NCBI RefSeq assembly: GCF_009914755.1
Contig: NC_060935.1
From: the human T2T-CHM13v2.0 reference genome, Homo sapiens
Reading direction: 5' to 3' (one strand)
DNA length: 64,000 nt
Shown here one piece after another: positions 57,991 to 64,000 of the stretch. Position 1 is the stretch's first letter, and each line of letters opens with the position of its first letter. The notes under the pieces are model-generated. The model did not search any database and was not told where the DNA came from. It saw only the letters and a list, made by a program, of their open reading frames with translations. A program made the translations under genes and the position numbers.

Positions 57991-60324
57991 ATACAGAAGT
58001 AAATGCATAAACAGATATATAAATATTATATATTAAGACATAAAAACAATATAACCCACAGTTAAATGGTATTTCCTATGAACTAAGCTTTAAGTTACAG
58101 ATACTTGAGGTCAAGAGAAATTATGTGTTCAGTTCCAGGTCACAAGCTAACCAGTGGTGGAGCTGAGATTCACAGCCAGGTGGACCTAGCAAGGTCCATT
58201 CACTTCCTTTCAGTGGTGCCATCAGGAAAGAGTGAGACTGCAGGCTGGATTAATGAAACAACTCACTCCATCATCACTTACCAATGAGGAGACAGACAGA
58301 ATAGCACGTTCCTGAGCTCTGGAACACAGGCAAGGATACGTTAGGCATGGGTCTTCATGGATTCTCAAAGGGCTGCTGGAATGAAGGGAGCCACCCCAGC
58401 CCAGAGACTCTGGAGTGGGGATAACCGCAGGTTTTCAGCCCAACTCTTAGCCTCCGATGTCCCCTTTCTTCACCCGTGTAGAGTTTGCTCTTGGGTGAGG
58501 CATAGTAACACCTACCATCACCATCACATGTGGGGCACCGGGTCAGGCATCATGGCATACAGGCCATCACATCCCTCACAATCATTCAGTGATGTGCAAG
58601 TTACATCCCAACTTTACAGATTATGAACCTAACAGGTTAGAAAGATCAGATCACTTGCCCCCGTCATACATGTGGTACGGGCAGAACTGGGCCTGGACCC
58701 CCAGCCCTTATCTGACCTCATGTCCACACTCTTTCTACCACATTGCACATCCACCACTACCCTGCACCCCCTCAAACAACCATCCTGCACCGAGAAACTG
58801 AACGTGTGACAAACAGAAGCTGAGGGTGGCTGCCGAGAGTGAGCCTCACAGGGCCAGTCCCCGCATCACTCTGTACTGACATGAATGGTGGCCCCTGGAA
58901 CCATGCGAGGTGACAGCTCAGAGGACGATAAATACAGAGACCCAATTAACCCTAACTGGATTAGTCCCTAAATAATGCAGAGCTGGAGGTGACCAGAAAA
59001 AGCTGCAGGAGTGTGCGAGGCTCCCCTGAACATTACCTGGTTGGGGTTCCCCAATACCATTCACTAGCAGACACCTGAGCAATGAAACCACACGCCACGG
59101 AGTCATGGAGGGCACAAGAAATCAACTCAGGGGTTTTTCCAAACTGCACAGCCACCCAGCGCCTGGTATTCTTATTTATTTATAGACAAAAATCATAGAA
59201 AACTGGAGAAATTTGCCAAAGGCCACAGAGAAGTGGCTAGACATTTAAATTCTTGGCACACAAAGGAAAACTTCTGCAATTGTCTCTGAGATGTGACGTG
59301 AAAGGTATGGGGGTGCAAGCACAATCCATGAGAGGTCTTTAATGCCCCAGCGGACACTGGGGCCAATACCACACAGGGGAGAGGTGATGGCTTCGTGGAA
59401 TTCATCTCCAGGTTAAAATAGAATACTTCTTTCATCTCAACTCTAATCTTTAAACCTTGAGTCAAAGCACTTCCTGGAGCATAAATGTGGCAGCTTTAGT
59501 ATTTCAAAAACGTCAGAAGGAATTAAAGTCGCTTTCATCTTTCTTCTCCCATAACCAACAATTTACCTTTCCATAGAAAAAGCACTCCCCCAAAAACCCT
59601 GTGTCTTTTACAGTCTAGTAAATTTAGGCAGAAAGAATGGGAGAAATCCCCAGACCTGGTTTTATTCCTGCTCTCTCTTTTTGTGGGCTAGTGGGAAAGG
59701 AGTGTGGAGCAGTAGGTTGTAAGATTTCATTGTATAAACTGTGATCATCTAAGTTCCTGCCTCCCTCTCCAGACAGGAACTCCTCCAGGGCAGGGACTTG
59801 GGCAAAGCTGCCTTTTTGTCTTGTAATGCTTGACGTAAAATAATACTCAACGCATGTTTGTTGAATGAGCAAATGAATGAGTGATTGATTGAATAAAGAC
59901 CTGGTGGGGAGACCCCACTATTGTATGTTTCCCACCAGAAGAAATTTTCCGGGCTGTTACACTAATCAGGGCTAATATTCTCAGTTATTTTGAGGATTGC
60001 TTGAAATTTGCTGCTAATTTAAACAAAATGGTTATGTTTATGTTTATGCATTAATCAATTAGCATGGTTCTCAGCAGCTTCACCTCACTAATTTGATTAG
60101 TTACCCTCTGCTTTCTCCTATCCAAGGCCTTCTCTGAGACCTGGGAATATCACAACGACAACAGAGTGAACTTTTTAAATGGCACTGAAGCACAGTCTCT
60201 CAAAAGGTTTAAACACAGATGTGAAATGTGTCCCTTTGTCCAGCCCAAGCTGTCTTTGGGTCTCCAATATTTCTGGGCCCCACTGGGTCCCGTTATAAGT
60301 TGCTCTACAAAACTATTCCTATCG

Positions 60325-60678
60325 CTTTTTAATAACAGCCATTTTGACTGGTGTGAGATGGTATCTCATGGTGGTTTTGATTTGCATTTCTCTGATGATT
60401 AGTAATGATGAGCATTTTTTCATTGTTTGTTGGCTGCTTGTATGTCTTCCTTTGAGGAGTGTCTGTTCATGTCCTTTGCCCATTCTTAATGGGTTATTTG
60501 TTTTTGCTTGTTGAGTTGTTTAAGTTCCTTATAGATTCTGGATAGCAGATCTTTATCAGATGCATAGTTTGTGAATATTTTCTCCCATTCCGTAGGTTGT
60601 CTGTTTACTCTGTTAATAATTCCTTTTGCTATGCAGAAACTCTTTAGGTTCCACTTGTCAATTTTTGTTTTTTATTGC
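60325..60678 (-). mobile_element. L1 ORF2 3' fragment (L1PB/L1MA-like)
   Basis: tttttaataacagccattttgactggtgtgagatggtatctcat...gctatgcagaaactcttta. Confidence 0.85.
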
Positions 60679-61120
60679 CAGACCAAGCTTCTTCTTCAAG
60701 GAAAATGAAACTTTCCAAAATATGAGGACTTCATAAAAGACAATCTATCATATGTTTGATGAATGAATGAAAGAAACAATGAAGGAGAAACTGGAAGTCA
60801 AAATACTGGCATCCTTCCTAGTCCCATCTTTGCCAGTAACTTGCAGTGTGACTTCAGGCAAGTCAATTCACATCCCAGATGCCATTTTCTTATTTTTTCT
60901 TATTTGTCAGAGATGACATTGACTTAGAAAATATCTAAGTTTTTGTGACAAAGACAAGATCTCCCGGACACACAGAAAACCACAACTTGCTACCCCTCTG
61001 AGTCAGGCAGGGCCATGTTACCATGTCTGGCCAGTGAAATGAGAGAGGAAGTGATGGGAGACCCTTTTTGGCCTAGAAAGTGAGAGTCAGGTTTCCATTT
61101 CCACTCTTCCCATTTGGAGG

Positions 61121-61551
61121 TGAACTGGGTTGGATTGTGTCACCCCAAAATTCATATGTTAAAGTCCTAACCCCCAGTACCTCATAATGTAATCTTATTT
61201 GGAAATAGAGTCATTGCAGATATAATTAAATTTGCATGAGGTCACACAGAAGTAGAATGGACCCTTAATCCAACATGAGTAGTGTCCTTATAAAAAGGGG
61301 CAATTTGGACACAGACGCACATACTGATAATGCCATGTGAAGGGTGATGTTAAGCTGCTACAAGCCAAGGGACCAGCAGAAGTTAGGAGAGTGGCTGGAG
61401 TAGAATCTTTCCTAGGCCTTCAGAGGGAGCTTGGCCCTGCTGAGACCGATCTCGAACTTCTAGGCTTCAGAATTGTGAGACAGTAATTTTCTGTCGTTTA
61501 AGTCTCGCAGCTTGTGGTACTTTGTTACGGAAGCCCTGGGAAACTTCTGCA
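61121..61551 (+). mobile_element. MaLR solo LTR (MLT1B/C-like), apparently nested in an older LTR
   Basis: gggttggattgtgtcaccccaaaattcatatgttaaagtcctaacccccagtacctc...ttgttacggaagccctgggaaac. Confidence 0.85.
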
Positions 61552-61954
61552 GGGGAAAAGGTCAGATGGTCAGGCTGTGACCCATAAGAGTCACTGAGTC
61601 ACTAGTGGCCTGGAGTGTCCCTCGACCTTCAACAAACTTTGTGAAAAGAGTAAGAAAAATACCTGAAACCTAGAAATAAGGCAAAAACAAAGAGGGGAAG
61701 TGGCCTGTCCTTTTAATATTATCCTGGGACATTAACGGGCCCATCCAAGAGTATGTAATTTTCCAAGAGAATGTACTCATGCTTGACTTTGCTATTTACC
61801 TTTTGATTCTCTCTCAGACACTATGAAGTTGTATGCTAACTCCTAGATTTCTGTCTGTGTAGAAAAGATCACATGAAAGGCTATAATTTTATTTCCCCAT
61901 AGGACATGAACCACTTTTGCATTTAATCTCTCCATTTTATTTTGACGTTTTTCT

Positions 61955-62080
61955 TTAGAAAATGCCTACAGATACTCAGTTCCTCAAATGCACTCAGTAC
62001 TTGCTTAACCGTCTTACTTAGAAAATGCCTACAGATACTCAGTTCCTCAAATGCACTCAGTACTTGCTTAACCGTCTTAC
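61955..62080. repeat. Perfect 63-bp tandem duplication
   Basis: ttagaaaatgcctacagatactcagttcctcaaatgcactcagtacttgcttaaccgtcttac x2 (61955-62017, 62018-62080). Confidence 0.97.
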
Positions 62081-62794
62081 AAAGTCAGCAAGATGAACGG
62101 GGCCAGCCTGCAGTCCTGCCTTCTTGCCCTTCTTACACCTTCACCATTCTTGGCCATTGCTGGCTGAAATCCAAGTCATGAAGCTCAAATGTTGCCCCAT
62201 ATGCAAAGCTCAAGAGAGAAACAAGTTCAAATCTTGGCTGTGGTGAAGATTTGAAGATTAGAAAATAGAGAATAGTCTGTTGCTAGCACCAGAATATAGC
62301 TTCACAAGGACAGTCACTTTTTTTCTGGTTCATCCATTTCCCAGGGCCAAGAACAGTATCTGGCACATGAATGCTGTTCATAAAAAAGGAGCAATTTGGA
62401 CACAGACACACACATGGAGAATGTCATGTGAAGGGTGGAGTTATGCTGCTACAAGCCGTTACCTTGATTTGGACAAGGTAATGAATTAAAAAGTCATAGA
62501 ATTCCAGGGTGCAAGAGCCCTTAGGAATTTCTTAGCTTAAGAGCCTACATGGTATAAAAATCCTTCAGAATGTCCCTGGAGCCTGCCAAACATGGCTCAG
62601 TGCTGATGACGGAGATGTCAAAATAACCTGAGCCAATGATTGGGAAGAGTTTCCTCATGCTCAGCCAAAAATCTGCATCCTTATACTTTGGAAGGAGTTT
62701 TAACGTCCCCCTTAAATCTGTTCTCTTTTTAAGCTAAACAATTCCTACTCTATTAACTCAAGGACATGGTCTAGAGTGTCTTTACCAATCTGGT

Positions 62795-63085
62795 AATAGT
62801 AATAATAGCCAACATTTAGTAAGCGATGACTGTGTACCAGATTTTGTTCTCTAAACGCTTTATGTGCATTGATTTATTTAATCCTTATAACAACTCCACA
62901 AAGTTAGTACTACTATATTCTCTCTTATGCTGCTACAAGCCAAGGGACCACCAACCACCAGCCAATTTCATTACAGGCAATAAAATTGAGGCATGAGGAG
63001 ACACTCACCTAAGAGACTCAGTTAGTAAGTGGCATGGCTGGGATTTGAACCCATATAGTCTGGTTCTTAATCACTATATATTGCC
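62795..63085. mobile_element. MIR with an inserted MLT1 fragment
   Basis: aatagccaacatttagtaagc...tttaatccttataacaactcc...[insert]...aaattgaggcatgag...gctgggatttgaaccc. Confidence 0.7.
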
Positions 63086-63202
63086 TCAGAAATTGTCTTT
63101 CAGCATTTTCAGGCTTCCTATCAAGTGTGATGCTTAGGGAGGAATATGTAAGTTTTCATAGAAGAGGTCAGAAATACCATTACCCTGGCTTGGTCTATAT
63201 TC

Positions 63203-63285
63203 CCTAGGCAACAATGTAAAGTGCCACCTCCATCTCCTGCAGTTGTACAGTGCACAACCTGCACAATGGCATGTGACAGTTCCAT
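63203..63285. mobile_element. MER91-like MITE fragment
   Basis: gcagttgtacagtgcacaacctgcacaatggcatg. Confidence 0.5.
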
Positions 63286-64000
63286 CCGTGCATACACGAC
63301 CTTCCCAAAGCTCTCCTTGTCCTATGTGGCCATGGTAACAATAAAGATCTTGCTGAGAACTGCCAGTAGGAGGGGGTGACATCCCTGGAAATGCATGTTG
63401 AATGTTTGATTTGGACCAAGTCTGTAGGATTCAGAGGATCTTTGGGGTCCTCACCTGTCCACAGTCTCCTTCTGAGATGTACCCTGACTTCATTCTCAGG
63501 TAACACGTCCTAGAGTACCCCTTTTCTTACTCTTCCATGAGCAGTGAACTTCTTGCGGGCTGGAAGATGACTTTGGGAAGCCTTGCCAGACAGCAGCCCC
63601 TTACCTTTCACTCATCCCCTGCCCCTGCGTTCATCATGGGTGGATGTAGGAGCTCAGGCTGGGAATACCCAGCCCGTCCCCAGGATAACCTTGTCCTTTC
63701 CAGCTCTCCCAGCTCACTGGGCAGGCCACAGCCTCAACAGAGTCCTGCCACAGCAGCATCCCTACCCCTTCCTGGGAAATGTGTGTAATCTGAGGCTGGT
63801 CCCAAACCTCCCTACACAGCACTGCTAGTTGTGCATCTGAGCATGGCCTGGCGTGAAAGGTCACCAGGACACCAAGGGCTCCCTGTACAGCCCAGCTGCA
63901 TGAGTGTTCTGTGGCTTTGGGGGATGAGGAAGGGAGACCCAACCCTTTGAGACTTGCTGCAGCTTCACATCAAGAAGCTTATTTACAAAGGCAGCTCCCA

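Noticed and set aside
61955-62080. CRISPR-like or coding repeat
   Set aside because: There are only two adjacent copies with no spacers, in a eukaryotic intron; the ORF over it lacks an ATG start.
62458-62924. A novel 467-bp mobile element bounded by 17-bp TSDs
   Set aside because: It has no poly(A), TIR or LTR ends, and the MIR within it continues beyond the right-hand repeat. Reinterpreted as two templated MLT1 fragments.

Overview
Primate (almost certainly human) genomic DNA carrying the 3' end of GALNT18 (polypeptide GalNAc-transferase 18, formerly GALNTL4) on the minus strand. It holds the last two coding exons (36102-35938 and 14194-14048, ricin-B lectin domain), a short 3'UTR with AATAAA at 13801-13796, a 21.7-kb last intron, part of the preceding intron (36103-64000) and about 13.7 kb of downstream intergenic DNA. 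Everything else is repeats (7 Alus, L1PA/L1PB/L1M, L2, MIR, MaLR/ERVL LTRs, Tigger/MER DNA elements) or unique non-coding sequence, and nearly all ORFs in the track are spurious. The most interesting structure is a nested, rearranged L1 complex at 15.8-22.3 kb. It retains a 156-codon L1 ORF0-like antisense ORF that reads into a strong phase-0 splice donor (CAG|GTGAGG) in frame with the GALNT18 last exon. It also looks like an L1-L1 inverted repeat resolved by deletions. Repeat family names are recognised from memory of consensus sequences, not from a RepeatMasker run, and boundaries of old repeats are approximate. No convincing novel multi-gene system was found.
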